This document shows, piece by piece, positions 53,448 to 53,474 of a stretch of 53,474 nt of DNA. Each line of letters begins with the position of its first letter. Positions within the stretch are counted from its first letter, which is position 1. The position numbers and the translations under genes are program-made. Source of the stretch: a virus. Taxonomy: Duplodnaviria > Caudoviricetes. The DNA lies in the IMG/VR virus record IMGVR_UViG_3300045284_000563, positions 1-53,474 of that record; one strand, given 5' to 3'. The notes under the pieces were generated by a model. The model saw only the letters and a list, made by a program, of their open reading frames with translations, made no database searches and was not told the DNA's origin.

Positions 53448-53474
53448 GTCAGCGCTCCTCGTTCTTGAAAATGT

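Noticed and set aside
1-53474. tRNA/rRNA genes, IS elements, reverse transcriptase/DGR, terminase/capsid genes
   Set aside because: None recognised by eye in this window; host identity cannot be assigned from sequence alone.

Overview
A GC-rich segment of a large tailed-phage (or phage-plasmid) genome. Genes are densely packed and translationally coupled (ATGA/GTGA overlaps), and there are no bacterial housekeeping operons. Left to right: (i) putative anti-defence/early genes, including an Ocr-like acidic protein and a modular polyprotein; (ii) many small ORFs and RHH/HTH regulators; (iii) a rhomboid protease followed by the standout locus, a stand-alone Cas7/RAMP-like gene (7579-8223) flanked by three non-coding tracts built from 5-nt periodic NN-GC-N units that share a conserved 3' tail, i.e. 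a candidate non-CRISPR RNA-guided system; (iv) nucleotide metabolism (dCMP deaminase, MazG-like, NDT-like); (v) replication/recombination (primase-polymerase/helicase with a candidate origin, SF2, Dda/RecD and UvrD helicases, DEDDh exonuclease, a circularly permuted Cas4/RecB-like nuclease, Sak4-like ATPase, SSB-like); (vi) a Cre-like tyrosine recombinase with a lox-like palindrome just upstream; (vii) a leftward virion/surface module with an SLT, an SGNH hydrolase, glycosyl- and methyltransferases, a GH128-like glycosidase, collagen/Gly-rich fibres, a DUF3494 ice-binding-like protein and at least six proteins sharing an N-terminal GR-x-YP motif. All calls come from motif recognition by eye; no searches were run. 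Three genes appear broken at homopolymer runs, which may be sequencing error.
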